Positions 49,924 to 60,828 of a DNA stretch of 64,000 bases are shown here, one piece after another. Positions within the stretch are counted from its first letter, which is position 1. The number at the start of each line of letters is the position of its first letter. The DNA lies in the NCBI GenBank assembly GCA_037310415.1, contig CP147780.1, positions 576,001 to 640,000 of the forward strand. The letters are read 5' to 3'. Source of the DNA: Candidatus Atabeyarchaeum deiterrae (GTDB lineage Archaea > Asgardarchaeota > Atabeyarchaeia > Atabeyarchaeales > Atabeyarchaeaceae). The position numbers and the translations under genes were made by a program. The notes under the pieces were generated by a model that worked only from the letters and a program-made list of their open reading frames with translations, had not been told where the DNA came from and made no database searches.

Positions 49924-51072
49924 CTAAGGTTTCTTGGCTATGAATGAACTAGGCATTTTGATAACATCAGCCTTCACGATTCGATCCCTGATTTTCACCC
50001 CAACAATCGCACCCTTCTTCGCAAACTTCCTCTTCACGTACGCCACCGCTATTCCCTTTTCAAGAACAGGAGAGTACGTCCCACTCGTGACACGACCGAT
50101 CACTTGCCCTGCCCGAACGATATCGTAGCCACTTCGCGGAATTCCTTTGTCTAGGAGAATCAATCCGATTCGAAGACGCCTAATTCCCATCCGTCTCTGT
50201 CTGAGTAACGCTTTCTTACCAATGAAAGATTTTTTCTTGAACTTCACGAAGAATTTCAATCTAGCTTCCAAGGGGGTTGTATGCTCATCAATATCCTGAC
50301 CATACAAGGGCATACCAGCCTCCAGTCTAAGAGTATCTCTGCAGCCCAATGCACAGGGCTTTATCCCGAATTCCTGCCCTGCGCTCAATATGGCTTCGAA
50401 TAGCTTAACCGCCTTAGCAGATTCATGAAATGGAACGCCGAACACACAAACCTCGAACCCGTCCTCACCAGTATATCCCGTTCTCGAGATCAGAACATTA
50501 AGCCCTCCAAGCTCAGTTTTCTTCACCGCAAATCTGGAAATCTCGTCAAGCTTCTCTGCAGTTAATTTCTGTAGAGCCGCTTCAGCCTTCTGCCCTTGCA
50601 CCGCAAACATGGGAGTAGAATCCGAGATGTTTTCGACTAGGACGTCGTACTTCTTGCTGCGTTTCATGACCCAGTCGAGATCCTTTTCTCTGTTAGAAGC
50701 ATTTACAACAACATAGAATTCATGGCGATCATATCGATACACGAACAGGTCATCAATTATGCCGCCATCAGGCCTGCACATCAAAGTGTACTCTGAGAGT
50801 CCCGTCTTTAGTCGTGTGAAATCATTCGTGGTCAAGTGGTTAATAAAGCGACGTGAATCTGGCCCAGTCACCTTGAATCTACCCATATGAGTTATGTCGA
50901 AGATGCCAACAGATTTTCTTACTGCCATGTGTTCTGCGACAATTCCAGTATTGTCGTACCAGAGAGGCATTTGAAAACCTGCGAATACGCTCATATGTCC
51001 CCCGTGAGAGACATGCCAGTTGTAAAGGTGGGTCTTCCGAGCCTCTTGCCCTTTGGACAAGGCAATCACCAC
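49924..51072 (-). CDS. gcvT: Glycine cleavage system aminomethyltransferase T
   Basis: FDITHMG, SRTGYTGEDGFE, RDTLRLEAG. Confidence 0.95.
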   Translation of the reverse strand: MVIALSKGQEARKTHLYNWHVSHGGHMSVFAGFQMPLWYDNTGIVAEHMAVRKSVGIFDITHMGRFKVTGPDSRRFINHLTTNDFTRLKTGLSEYTLMCRPDGGIIDDLFVYRYDRHEFYVVVNASNREKDLDWVMKRSKKYDVLVENISDSTPMFAVQGQKAEAALQKLTAEKLDEISRFAVKKTELGGLNVLISRTGYTGEDGFEVCVFGVPFHESAKAVKLFEAILSAGQEFGIKPCALGCRDTLRLEAGMPLYGQDIDEHTTPLEARLKFFVKFKKKSFIGKKALLRQRRMGIRRLRIGLILLDKGIPRSGYDIVRAGQVIGRVTSGTYSPVLEKGIAVAYVKRKFAKKGAIVGVKIRDRIVKADVIKMPSSFIAKKP

Positions 51073-51210
51073 TAATAGAACCTTGGGATTTGGTTATTAA
51101 CGATTTCTCATGAGTTTCCTGTTACAGAAGCTTAAGACAATTGTAAGGTGAGGAAAAGGAAAAGAGTAAGAGCGCTTCTTCACTAGACCCCGAAAGACAG
51201 ATGTCACTTC

Positions 51211-52077
51211 GTGTACCATATTTCAACCGTTGTTGGTTGTGCCCTGAAACAGGAGGAGATAAGACTGGAGATAATCCCCATACATCCTGGCATGATAGAA
51301 TTCAATGATAACGTGATCGAGAGAATGCTCCAAGCACTGAACAAAGATGGATTTAGAATTATGGACAGCGACATTCTAGCCGTCACTTCAAAGGTGATTT
51401 CAGTATCAGAAGGACGAGTCGTAGAGTTAGACAAGGTTACTCCTTCCAGAAAAGCTTACAGTCTGTCCAGGAAATACAAAGTACTGCCCGAGATAAGCGA
51501 ACTCATAATTAGAGAGGCGGATATGATAATTGGAGGCATGGATGGAGTCATCCTGACTATCAAGAACAACTCACTTATAGCGAACGCTGGCATAGACAAA
51601 AAGAACGCTGGGCAAGGAAAAGTCGTTCTGCACCCACGTGATTCACCCAAAGCAGCTAAACGCATAAGGACAGATATCCTAAACAAGACAGGGAAAAAAA
51701 TCGGAGTCATCATAGCCGACACCAGAACCCAGCCTCTTAGAATAGGAGTTATCGGAATAGCTCTAGCTGTTAGTGGCTTCGAGCCAATAGTTGACGAAAG
51801 AGGCAGATCGGATCTTTTTGGCAGACCACTGCAGGTGACTAAGAGAGCGTTAGCAGACCAACTGGCCACAGCCGCAGAGATCTTGATGGGTGAAACAAAC
51901 GAATGCACGCCAGCTGTTCTGATCAGAGGTGCACCCGTGACCTTGAATGATCTAACACCATTGCCCAAGATGCAATACGTACCCCCTGATGAGTGTTTCT
52001 ACACAAAGATACTCTCCAGACTAAGAAGAAGATCACAGAGCAAAGACGTCAAACCACACAGAGATAGAAATGCATGA
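51211..52077 (+). CDS. cofE: Coenzyme F420-0:L-glutamate ligase (true start probably near 51259-51265)
   Basis: SKVIS.SEGR, ANAGID..N, GVIIADT, DLFGRPL, MGE. Confidence 0.88.
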   Translation: MYHISTVVGCALKQEEIRLEIIPIHPGMIEFNDNVIERMLQALNKDGFRIMDSDILAVTSKVISVSEGRVVELDKVTPSRKAYSLSRKYKVLPEISELIIREADMIIGGMDGVILTIKNNSLIANAGIDKKNAGQGKVVLHPRDSPKAAKRIRTDILNKTGKKIGVIIADTRTQPLRIGVIGIALAVSGFEPIVDERGRSDLFGRPLQVTKRALADQLATAAEILMGETNECTPAVLIRGAPVTLNDLTPLPKMQYVPPDECFYTKILSRLRRRSQSKDVKPHRDRNA

Positions 52078-52119
52078 GGTTATCTGCTGAAGCGATTTAC
52101 AAGCGGGTGAAGAAGGAAG

Positions 52120-54249
52120 GTGCCTAGATCGAAGACAGGGAATGGATTCAGTTTGATCATAGCAGAGAAACCAGATGCCGCAAGACGCATAGCAGCTGCT
52201 CTTAGTCAAGCGACTCTTGACAACCCAAAAAGAGGCGAACTGCCACTTTACGAGATTAACAGAAACGGCGACAGAATAAAGGTCATGTCTGCGCTTGGTC
52301 ATCTTTACACATTGAAGCAATCCGGAAAAGGATGGGATTACCCAGTTTTTGAAATGGAGTGGGTACCAAAGTATGAAGTAGAAAAGTCTTCTATCGATAC
52401 CAAACCGTTTATAGAGAAATTCCGCGAGCTCTCAGCAGATGCCGAATCGTTCATTGTAGCAACAGATTACGATATTGAAGGAGAGACAATAGCATACTGT
52501 ATACTCAAATACGCGTGTGGCGAGGACGCTCTGAACAAGGCTAGAAGGATGAAATTCTCGACCTTGACGGACAAAGAACTGATCGAAGCCTATGAGCACA
52601 CGGCACCTCAAATCAACTTTCGAATGGCTGAAGCCGGGGAAGTCAGGCACAGAGTCGATTGGCTGTTTGGGATAAATATCTCTCGAGCCATGATTCTTGC
52701 CATAAAGCATGGCACAGGTAAATACAGGACCATGAGCACAGGACGTGTTCAGGGACCAACTCTTACATACATAGCCAATAGGGAAGCAGCAATAAGAAGC
52801 TTCGTACCGACCCCGTATTGGACGATCAATGCAGAGGCACAGATCAACGGAAAGATCTTTCCATTGGCTTACTCAAAGAATCGGATTTCCACCAAGAGCG
52901 AAGCCCTGCAAATCATTAACCAATGCCATAATAAGAAAGGCAACATCAAGGAGATCGCGAAGAGCTATCTCAAGATCCCCCCTCCATATCCATTTGATCT
53001 AGGTTCACTTCAGGCTGAAGCATACAAGTTGTTTGGCTTTGCCCCAAGCAGAGCGCTGTCGATAGCAGAGAGGCTGTACCTTGCCGCACTAATCTCGTAT
53101 CCAAGGACAGGAAGCCAGAAGATCCCCCAGTCAGTAGATGCGAGAGGCATCTTTCAATCCTTAACTCAACTCCCACAATACAAGTCACTTGCGACGGAAC
53201 TGGCAACTAAGGAGAAACTGGTTCCAAATCAAGGAAGTAAGGATGACCCAGCTCACCCACCAATAACCCCAACAGGAATATTGCCACCAAGGAACGGACT
53301 GCTAGAACCTGAGAGGAAGCTCTATGACCTAGTGGTTCGGCGATTCATGGCAGTTTACGGCAACCCCGCAACAAGTGAGAACATCACAGCAAGTGTAGAT
53401 ATTGATGGGCAGACCTTCTACCTTAAGGGCAGAAGGATATTTGAGATAGGCTGGGTGAAGTTTTATGGGCCCTATTTCAGAACTGAAGAAATCTTATTGC
53501 CTGAGTTACAAAAAGGGCAACCCATTGAAAAGATACGCACACACATCGACGAAAAATCCACTAGTCCTCCCCCAAGATACAACCCTAGCTCGTTGTTGAA
53601 GCTCATGGAAGAGCAAGAAATCGGGACAAAAGCAACACGAGCAGAAATAATGGATACTCTAGCACGACGCGGGTATGTGACTGGTGAGCGCATAGCTATA
53701 ACCGAGCTTGGTTTCGCTGTCGTGGATGTCTTGAGAAAATACGCACCACAGGTGCTCTCCGTTGACATGACCCGACAACTTGAGAAAGATATGGAGAGAA
53801 TCCAATTTGGAGAACTTAGGGGGGAAGAAGTATTTTCGAAAGCCGTATCGTTTCTTAAACCGATTCTTCGAAATTTCAAAGCGATGGAGAAAACAATCGG
53901 AACTGATCTGGATAAGGCTCTGCAGAAAGTCGTCAGAAAGTCAACTGCGATTGGGGCTTGCCCAGTGTGTAAAACAGGGCAGCTTATTATTATAAAATCA
54001 AAGAAGACAGGAAAAAGATTCATAGGTTGCACGAATTACCAGAACGCCCTGTGCAGATTCAGCGCGCCACTTCCACAGTCTGGCGCAATCCAGACGACGC
54101 AAAAACCTTGCCAGTCTTGTGGGTTCCCCACCATCATAGTAAGAATGAGAGGAAAACGACCATGGCAACTCTGCATCAATGGCAAATGCGAGAGAAACCT
54201 CAATAAGCGAGCCGCAAAGACTGCCACTCCGCCCGCTCCATCTGACTGA
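52120..54249 (+). CDS. topA: DNA topoisomerase IA
   Basis: IAEKP, ATDYDIEGE, STGRVQGP, ISYPRT, GTKATR, C-terminal zinc ribbons. Confidence 0.96.
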   Translation: MPRSKTGNGFSLIIAEKPDAARRIAAALSQATLDNPKRGELPLYEINRNGDRIKVMSALGHLYTLKQSGKGWDYPVFEMEWVPKYEVEKSSIDTKPFIEKFRELSADAESFIVATDYDIEGETIAYCILKYACGEDALNKARRMKFSTLTDKELIEAYEHTAPQINFRMAEAGEVRHRVDWLFGINISRAMILAIKHGTGKYRTMSTGRVQGPTLTYIANREAAIRSFVPTPYWTINAEAQINGKIFPLAYSKNRISTKSEALQIINQCHNKKGNIKEIAKSYLKIPPPYPFDLGSLQAEAYKLFGFAPSRALSIAERLYLAALISYPRTGSQKIPQSVDARGIFQSLTQLPQYKSLATELATKEKLVPNQGSKDDPAHPPITPTGILPPRNGLLEPERKLYDLVVRRFMAVYGNPATSENITASVDIDGQTFYLKGRRIFEIGWVKFYGPYFRTEEILLPELQKGQPIEKIRTHIDEKSTSPPPRYNPSSLLKLMEEQEIGTKATRAEIMDTLARRGYVTGERIAITELGFAVVDVLRKYAPQVLSVDMTRQLEKDMERIQFGELRGEEVFSKAVSFLKPILRNFKAMEKTIGTDLDKALQKVVRKSTAIGACPVCKTGQLIIIKSKKTGKRFIGCTNYQNALCRFSAPLPQSGAIQTTQKPCQSCGFPTIIVRMRGKRPWQLCINGKCERNLNKRAAKTATPPAPSD

Positions 54250-54255
54250 TTACTC

Positions 54256-54525
54256 TCAGAATCCCCCTTCTGAGCCCTCTCTGAGCAGATACTCCGCAAC
54301 TTCAATGACCCATTCTCCCGAACTACCGTTTGCCGCAAGCGACTGAAGGTAATTGCGCTTGACGAGCGCTCCATATGCCTTCAACCATTGCTGGTAGTGT
54401 TGCCGAACATTGTTAAGAGCCGCTTGGTGAGATTGACAGAAAACCTCCTCCTCAAGACCCAACATAGCCTTACAAATGCGACATCTCAGTCCATCTCTGT
54501 CAATGTGAGCATTCACTACAAGCAC
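54256..54525 (-). CDS. Small Cys/His hypothetical protein
   Basis: CRIC...FCQSH; W..AYG. Confidence 0.6.
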   Translation of the reverse strand: MLVVNAHIDRDGLRCRICKAMLGLEEEVFCQSHQAALNNVRQHYQQWLKAYGALVKRNYLQSLAANGSSGEWVIEVAEYLLREGSEGGF

Positions 54526-54632
54526 CTTACATCAGCCCATCTGTGGTGATCGTGTCGGCGAAAAACGCTAATATTACGTCAGATTTATAAACTTCACCAG
54601 TCAATGAGTTAAAGCCAAAGAAGAAGCTGAAA

Positions 54633-55079
54633 ATGTGGCGGCATGTCATGGTTCGAGTGTGGTGGCCGAAATTCATTAGGAGACCGAGATTGAGGCTAAG
54701 CAAGCCAGGCTTAAAATTGCCTCAAAAACCCTCAGGCTCTACCATGTTTGTCTTGTCCCTCGTGTTTGTGTTGTTCGTCTTTGGTGGAGGCGTCTGGGAT
54801 CTCGTCAACAGAAACATCCTGCGACCGATGGGTAGCGACTCATCCGGTAATCCACTGCTGATCTATCCTGGCCTTGATTACCAGTTCATCATAGAGGGAA
54901 TCGTCGCCAGCGTCATGATTTTCATTGGTTTCATGGGGTTTGTTATCTTGTACCAAAGTACGCGCCACGTGTATAGACCAGGCTATGCAAAGCTTCTACT
55001 TGTCTCAGGTATAGTCCTCGTCTTTATGTCCTACCTACTCATGACCGTGATGTTGACTGCCAAGTTCTCGAGTGGCTAA
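54633..55079 (+). CDS. OST3/OST6 (OSTC-like) oligosaccharyltransferase accessory subunit homolog
   Basis: GGGVWD...P.G...IYPG...QFIIEG plus three transmembrane helices. Confidence 0.7.
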   Translation: MWRHVMVRVWWPKFIRRPRLRLSKPGLKLPQKPSGSTMFVLSLVFVLFVFGGGVWDLVNRNILRPMGSDSSGNPLLIYPGLDYQFIIEGIVASVMIFIGFMGFVILYQSTRHVYRPGYAKLLLVSGIVLVFMSYLLMTVMLTAKFSSG

Positions 55080-55098
55080 TAGAGGACTCTAAGATTTC

Positions 55099-55671
55099 CT
55101 ACCAAGGTACTTTCTTAAGCCCCATGAGGTAGCTCACCATGTTTGTTACCAGGTGAATCAGAGGCGTCAGCACGACTAAAATCAAAGCATACTCCGCTTG
55201 AAATGGAAAAGTCAAGGACACAAAAACGAAAGCGCCAAACAGAAATGTAAGCTGATCAAGAAATGGAGCGGGCGCGCCTCTCCTTAAACCCATTCTTCGT
55301 TTAATGAATGAGCCGAGTAGATCTCCCATGAGCGCTCCTAGAGATATCATAAAAGCTCTCAATGGTGTGCATAGAAGGGTGGCAATTGAGATTGCAGACA
55401 GGTTCGTGAGCTCACTAAGGTAGTTTATTGCCCACAAGGAAATAAACGCTTCAAATACTCCGACAAGAATACCGCCGATCAATCCTCCTGCAAAGCCTCT
55501 AATTGTTTTTCCGTCACCAAAGATTCTACGCCTATCTACAAATGATCGACCGAAATCTATTGGGGATCCTCCGCCCACTAGTACAGGCACGGCGTTTGCC
55601 ACATATGCCGGAAAAATAAACCAAAGTGAAAAGACTACTGTGAATATGTCCATCTTCAGAGTATCCTCCAC
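55099..55671 (-). CDS. carS: CDP-archaeol synthase
   Basis: PAYVANA.PV, FGDGKT.RG, GDLLGSFIKRR, DQL. Confidence 0.92.
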   Translation of the reverse strand: MEDTLKMDIFTVVFSLWFIFPAYVANAVPVLVGGGSPIDFGRSFVDRRRIFGDGKTIRGFAGGLIGGILVGVFEAFISLWAINYLSELTNLSAISIATLLCTPLRAFMISLGALMGDLLGSFIKRRMGLRRGAPAPFLDQLTFLFGAFVFVSLTFPFQAEYALILVVLTPLIHLVTNMVSYLMGLKKVPW

Positions 55672-55707
55672 GATTCGCTAGTTAAGCTCCAAATCAGGAC
55701 GCCGATT

Positions 55708-56400
55708 CTAGGATGCGCCCAACTCATTAAGTGAGAACTCAACCGACACCCCGACAGGCAATCTGTTGTGTTTTTCGAGTATCACTTTTCTCATTGAGGA
55801 ATCAATGAACCTTTCAAGTCTAAGTTGAACTCTACACCAAGGGTCCACAACCTGAGCAGCCACAGGAGAAAAACCCTCTTTGGGATCCTTGAGAGGATCT
55901 CCCTTTGCCTGATTCAAGACTATGGCGACAACATCAAAACGTTCTGCCACATGCATCATCACAGCCATCTGCCTACACATTTCCATGTTGATACAGACAT
56001 TCTCCTCTCGATCGAGACCCACAGAATATCTATACAGGGATCCAGCGGAGTCAAGGACAATTAACTTCACTTCTTCCTTGACCAGCATCTCAACTGAGTC
56101 AATTGCATCAGACTGATCGGAGAAGGATTGTGGAGACAAGAGAAGGAAATGTGACATATCAATGTTGTTGAATCTGGACGAAATTTGGAGAAAACGTTCC
56201 CTAGGGAAGGTTGATTCCGCTTCTATGAAGATTGCTTTCCAACCCCTAGATATACAGTTCAGGGCACACTGTAATGCTATGGATGTTTTCCCGGAACCAG
56301 CGACACCGTATATGTGGGTCAAGATGCCGCTTTCAACCCCACCACCTAGAAGGTTGTCTATCGGCTTGCAGAGTGTCTCAATAAGCACCAATGCGCTCAA
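55708..56400 (-). CDS. radB: RadB / RecA-family ATPase
   Basis: LLGGGVESG, YGVAGSGKT, LDS, LEKH. Confidence 0.85.
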   Translation of the reverse strand: MSALVLIETLCKPIDNLLGGGVESGILTHIYGVAGSGKTSIALQCALNCISRGWKAIFIEAESTFPRERFLQISSRFNNIDMSHFLLLSPQSFSDQSDAIDSVEMLVKEEVKLIVLDSAGSLYRYSVGLDREENVCINMEMCRQMAVMMHVAERFDVVAIVLNQAKGDPLKDPKEGFSPVAAQVVDPWCRVQLRLERFIDSSMRKVILEKHNRLPVGVSVEFSLNELGAS

Positions 56401-56507
56401 CCTCGATCACTTTTCGATTCTATTTCAATCAACCATGGGATCATGGTCACATTATTGGAGCCATTGGATCAGATAGGATCGAGGATAAATGACAGTGAGA
56501 TGGCTCT

Positions 56508-58586
56508 TTAGCTTTTTGAAGATGAACCAGACGAATAGAAGTCATTCAACTCCTTAGATATTGCTCCGTCTACGTCAGAAAGAATCTTGTATGACTCGCG
56601 GATCCAAGAGGGGAGCAACTTGATACAAGGAGGCTTCGCGAATCTGTGGTCCAAGAAGAGAACAACGCCTCTGTCGTCAACCGATCTGAAGGCTCTTCCT
56701 GCAGCTTGAGCAGCCTTCCTGAAGGCGGGTATATTGTAACCATATTCTTTGCCTCTATTCGGGAACTTGCTCTCATAGTAGTCAATCGATGCTTTCACTC
56801 GGGGTGTAGGCTTGGCGTAAGGAACGCCAACAACCACCACTGTGTTTAGAAGGTCTCCTGGCAAATCGAGACCCTCAGAGTTCCTCCCTCCTTGAACACC
56901 AAGCAACACTCCTCCACCGCTTGAAGCGCTTTTGCAGAATGATTCAATCAAAACATCGTTCTTATTCGAGGTAGATTCGGGTTGTTCCTTGAATACGGGT
57001 TTCTCCAGAAGGCTCTCAAGACCTGCATTGACCAATCCATTAAGAACATCGTACGATGCAACAAAAACACCTGTGTTGATTGGTGTCGAATTCACCGCTT
57101 CGGAGATACGCAGCGATAGCTTCTCATACATAGAGAGAGATCGATCGCTGAGCGCTGTTGAAACACCTCTGCAAAACACTATGTTAATATTCTCTCTTGG
57201 AAATGGGCAGCCAAAAACTTGACTCTTTGTGTCAGCTGGCAGACCTGCGACATCTACATAGCATTCGATCGGCTCCAGCGTCCCAGACATACTGATGCTT
57301 GAGTGAACTTCAGCAATAACATGGGATGTTATTTGGCTCGGATCAAGGCAGACGATCTCAAGGTTGGCTCGTCTGCTCCCGCCGGCATCATCATCGGATT
57401 TCGTACTTGTTAGGACGTGGACATAGTGTTGTTTAGTGGAAGTTTCCAGCCATCTCATGAGAAAACCGGCGAGATGGTGAACACTCGACCTTGGCAGCTT
57501 GCCTTTCTCAAGAAGAGATTTCTTGATGGACTCACCAGATTCATGTAGGGAAACAAAAAGAGTCTCTAGTTCATCAAGCCCAACTCCATGTTCCCTAGCA
57601 AGTTTCTCGAGTAATACCACACCAGGGAGAGCGACTTCCCTCTCGGGCGCATTGTCTCGTATGTTTTCAACGACCGTGCACACACTCTCGATAAATCTTC
57701 TCGCATGCGATAGTCCAAACCTCCTAGCTTCCTGACCCGCTCCCCTTAAAGCGGCCGTACTCATTCTTTCACTGGCCATGTTGGCGGCGATATCTGGAAG
57801 ATTGTGAGCTTCGTCCATCACTAGAATATAAGAAGAGAGCGGCCGCTCGAAACTCTTGAGCAACGACTGTCTGATTTCATCATGAAGGAGGTAATTGTAG
57901 CTCATTGCAGCGACATCAACTTTGCCCACAATAAGCTTTGCCAGTTCATAGGCACAGAAGCCGTGCACTTTGCTTATCTCTGCAATCTCGTTGAATAGTG
58001 TCGGTTGCCCACTGATTCTTCTTATGACATCTTGAAGATCTTTCCTGTTGGATCTCAATTTCTCGAAGAACTGGCACGATCCACGCTTCTTTAACTCTCC
58101 GCAGATTTCCATTGCAGTCGTAGCATCCAAAGAATAATCCAATATGAGTTTGTTGAAGCATGCCTCGGATCTCCCGCGAATGGAGATGCCGCTCACACCA
58201 CCAGAACACTTCTTGCTGACCACCTTAAGCTCCTCAATTGCTCTGTCACACTCCTTATGGGTCCGCGCAACATAGAGTATTCTGAACCCATTTTCGCTCA
58301 CGAAGGGCAAAGTAGCGGAGAGAACGCCGATAGTCTTTCCTAGACCGCTTGCCGCTGCGACGGCCACATGTTGACCCAGTTTAACTGCTTCGTGAACCAT
58401 GTTTATGAATTCATCTTGGTACAGCCGCACCGATGAATAGGGGAAATAGCTCAAGGGAGTAGGGAGAATAGGCACTAAGGACACCTTTCCTTGCATCATT
58501 ATATTATTGAACAACCAACTATTATAATGCCCTTCTAATGATTCCATGTTAGTTTGCCAACACGTAGCCGAAAAACAAGTCAGCAA
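56508..58586 (-). CDS. XPD/Rad3-family Fe-S DNA helicase
   Basis: SGLGKT, Fe-S cysteines, DEAHNL, SGTL, SEGLD, QAAGRAFR. Confidence 0.92.
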   Translation of the reverse strand: MLTCFSATCWQTNMESLEGHYNSWLFNNIMMQGKVSLVPILPTPLSYFPYSSVRLYQDEFINMVHEAVKLGQHVAVAAASGLGKTIGVLSATLPFVSENGFRILYVARTHKECDRAIEELKVVSKKCSGGVSGISIRGRSEACFNKLILDYSLDATTAMEICGELKKRGSCQFFEKLRSNRKDLQDVIRRISGQPTLFNEIAEISKVHGFCAYELAKLIVGKVDVAAMSYNYLLHDEIRQSLLKSFERPLSSYILVMDEAHNLPDIAANMASERMSTAALRGAGQEARRFGLSHARRFIESVCTVVENIRDNAPEREVALPGVVLLEKLAREHGVGLDELETLFVSLHESGESIKKSLLEKGKLPRSSVHHLAGFLMRWLETSTKQHYVHVLTSTKSDDDAGGSRRANLEIVCLDPSQITSHVIAEVHSSISMSGTLEPIECYVDVAGLPADTKSQVFGCPFPRENINIVFCRGVSTALSDRSLSMYEKLSLRISEAVNSTPINTGVFVASYDVLNGLVNAGLESLLEKPVFKEQPESTSNKNDVLIESFCKSASSGGGVLLGVQGGRNSEGLDLPGDLLNTVVVVGVPYAKPTPRVKASIDYYESKFPNRGKEYGYNIPAFRKAAQAAGRAFRSVDDRGVVLFLDHRFAKPPCIKLLPSWIRESYKILSDVDGAISKELNDFYSSGSSSKS

Positions 58587-58645
58587 CTCCGAACTATTGT
58601 CAAATTAGAAATTGGCGCCAACAACGCGGGGAATGTGAATAGAGT

Positions 58646-59011
58646 ATGACTCTAATACTTGGTGAAGAAAAGTGCGACGCAGGCGGAACGGTAGTCTCAG
58701 TATCTGTTATTGGTCTCGAAAACGCCTCGATTGTTCTTGTGACGGACAACAGAAATCAGTACCGAGTTGGAGCTATAGCACTCGCTACGCCAACTTCCGA
58801 GAGGATCGGACAAACCGGACCAACGGCAGTCACCTTGATAGGGGAAGACCGAGAAATTTTGGCCAAAGTTCTTGCTGCAAAGACATCGGCAGACACTGGA
58901 AAGATGGCGCTCTCAATAGTCGGTTTGAGAGAATATGACAATGAAGCAGCAGCCTCAATAATGAAGACGGTTCAGAACATAGTTTCGAAAAGCCAGAGAA
59001 GATTTGCGTGA
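58646..59011 (+). CDS. Putative proteasome assembly chaperone 4-like protein
   Basis: LEN...G.IALA.P...LA..LA...GK pattern. Confidence 0.5.
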   Translation: MTLILGEEKCDAGGTVVSVSVIGLENASIVLVTDNRNQYRVGAIALATPTSERIGQTGPTAVTLIGEDREILAKVLAAKTSADTGKMALSIVGLREYDNEAAASIMKTVQNIVSKSQRRFA

Positions 59012-59095
59012 TCTGGAAGCTACCCAAGCGAGAATTGGGTTCCGAAGAAGCATAATGGTGAGCTCGAACGTAGTATCGGTAGCCTGCAATATGAG

Positions 59096-60379
59096 TTGAG
59101 AAACATGACGAAAGCCTGGGGATTCATCAAGTGCCCGATTTTTAATTACATTCACATAAATCGTTTAGAAAAAGATCTAATAGACACCTATCCTTTCCAA
59201 AGGCTGAGAAGGCTAAGGCAACTGGTAGGGGCAGAGTATGTATATCCAGGAGCTTGCCATACTCGTCTTGAACACTCACTAGGAGTAATGCACCTAGCGG
59301 AAGAGCTTTCGACCAACATGGCCAAGAACGGAGAACTGACAAAAGACGAGATTCAGGAGGTCAAAATAGCTGCCCTCCTTCATGATGTGGGTCACGGACC
59401 TTTTTCTCATGTCTTTGAGCCAATACTAATGAAGAACCTTCATAAGACACACGAAGACATGAGCACATGGATCATAGGAAAGACTGAGATCGCCCAAATT
59501 CTGAAAAACGAAGGAATCGACCCGACCAGAGTCGGCGAACTGGCTGTCGGAAGGCTTGACAGGACAGAGAAGAGGTATCTGAACCAGATAATATCGAGTA
59601 CCGTAGATGTTGACAAGATGGACTTCGTTGTTAGGGATACGTATCACACTGGCGCAGAATATGGGCATGTTGATATTTTCCGCCTGATATACACAATGGA
59701 CACAATGGACAACAACATAGCCATTGACCTCACGGCATTGACAACCCTTGAAACCTTCATTCTCGCGAGAATAGAGTCCTTCAGGGCAATATACTTCCAC
59801 CGTGTCTCGAGAGCGGTCCAGATCATCCTTGAGAAGGCTATGGACGCCGCGAAAGATGAACTCGGACTAACGAGTTTCGCAGACGTCGATGATTACCTGA
59901 AGCTAGACGATTATACAATGTGGACTCGACTTAAACAGGTGGATGGAAGCAAGCAGATCATCGATATGCTCGAAAGAAGGGTACTCTTGAAACAGGCTTA
60001 CGAGAAAACTTTCCTTGCGAAGGACGAGATGCTAACAAGTGTTCTGACAAATGGGAAGGTTCGGGGGGAACTTGAGAATGAAATTGCCAAGACTGCAGGC
60101 CTTGCGACCGAGCAGGTAATAATCGACGTTCCTTCCCTGCCCTCGGTTGCTACTTCACATGCCCTGCCTCCAGAACAAATGGAGATACCTCTCTTCTACA
60201 AAGACCCTGCAGGTAAGAAACACCCCCGCAAATTGAGTGATGCTTCCAGAATAATAGATGTTCTAAGAGGCTATATGAACATAGTCAGAGTCTACACGGG
60301 CCGGGAAAACAGAGAAGCGGTGAGAAAAGCCTCGGAAAAAATACTTGGGAAGCCCCAGTCACTCGAAATATCATATTAG
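59096..60379 (+). CDS. HD-domain phosphohydrolase (dNTPase-like, core copy)
   Basis: FQRLRRLRQL, HTRLEHSLG, HDVGHGPFSH, DVDKMD. Confidence 0.9.
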   Translation: MRNMTKAWGFIKCPIFNYIHINRLEKDLIDTYPFQRLRRLRQLVGAEYVYPGACHTRLEHSLGVMHLAEELSTNMAKNGELTKDEIQEVKIAALLHDVGHGPFSHVFEPILMKNLHKTHEDMSTWIIGKTEIAQILKNEGIDPTRVGELAVGRLDRTEKRYLNQIISSTVDVDKMDFVVRDTYHTGAEYGHVDIFRLIYTMDTMDNNIAIDLTALTTLETFILARIESFRAIYFHRVSRAVQIILEKAMDAAKDELGLTSFADVDDYLKLDDYTMWTRLKQVDGSKQIIDMLERRVLLKQAYEKTFLAKDEMLTSVLTNGKVRGELENEIAKTAGLATEQVIIDVPSLPSVATSHALPPEQMEIPLFYKDPAGKKHPRKLSDASRIIDVLRGYMNIVRVYTGRENREAVRKASEKILGKPQSLEISY

Positions 60380-60427
60380 GCGATATCAAACGGGAAGAAG
60401 TGCAGATCAGAGCGATAGAGACCATTC

Positions 60428-60766
60428 CTATTTTCCCACAACATATGAGCGGACTTCTTCCCAGAGTTCTTTGCGCAATCTGGCGATATCATGTAACTCG
60501 ACTACTTCAGCATCTTTGATGGTGTTCTGAAGCTGTACGACGCTGCCCACCGCGCTGACATTTTCGACGTTGATGGGAAACTCAACATCTAGCCCCTTGA
60601 CAATCAGTTCAACTCGAAGTTCCGGAAGAGCAACTCTTATACTCCTCACAATGCCAACGATCCTAGCGGCTCCGTCTATCACGGCTCTGCCTATCAATCG
60701 CCCTGGCATCGAAAGCTCATACAATTCAGCCTCTGTCTGAGATTTAGTATTCTCGGATGACGCCAA
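60428..60766 (-). CDS. PRC-barrel-like protein
   Basis: LIGRAVID...VG.V; V.AVG.VV; GGAGG ribosome-binding site. Confidence 0.55.
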   Translation of the reverse strand: MASSENTKSQTEAELYELSMPGRLIGRAVIDGAARIVGIVRSIRVALPELRVELIVKGLDVEFPINVENVSAVGSVVQLQNTIKDAEVVELHDIARLRKELWEEVRSYVVGK

Positions 60767-60828
60767 CTTAATACCTCCAACTACTCTGCGAACATAGTAA
60801 TAATAAACGGTAATGTCAAACTATCTTT

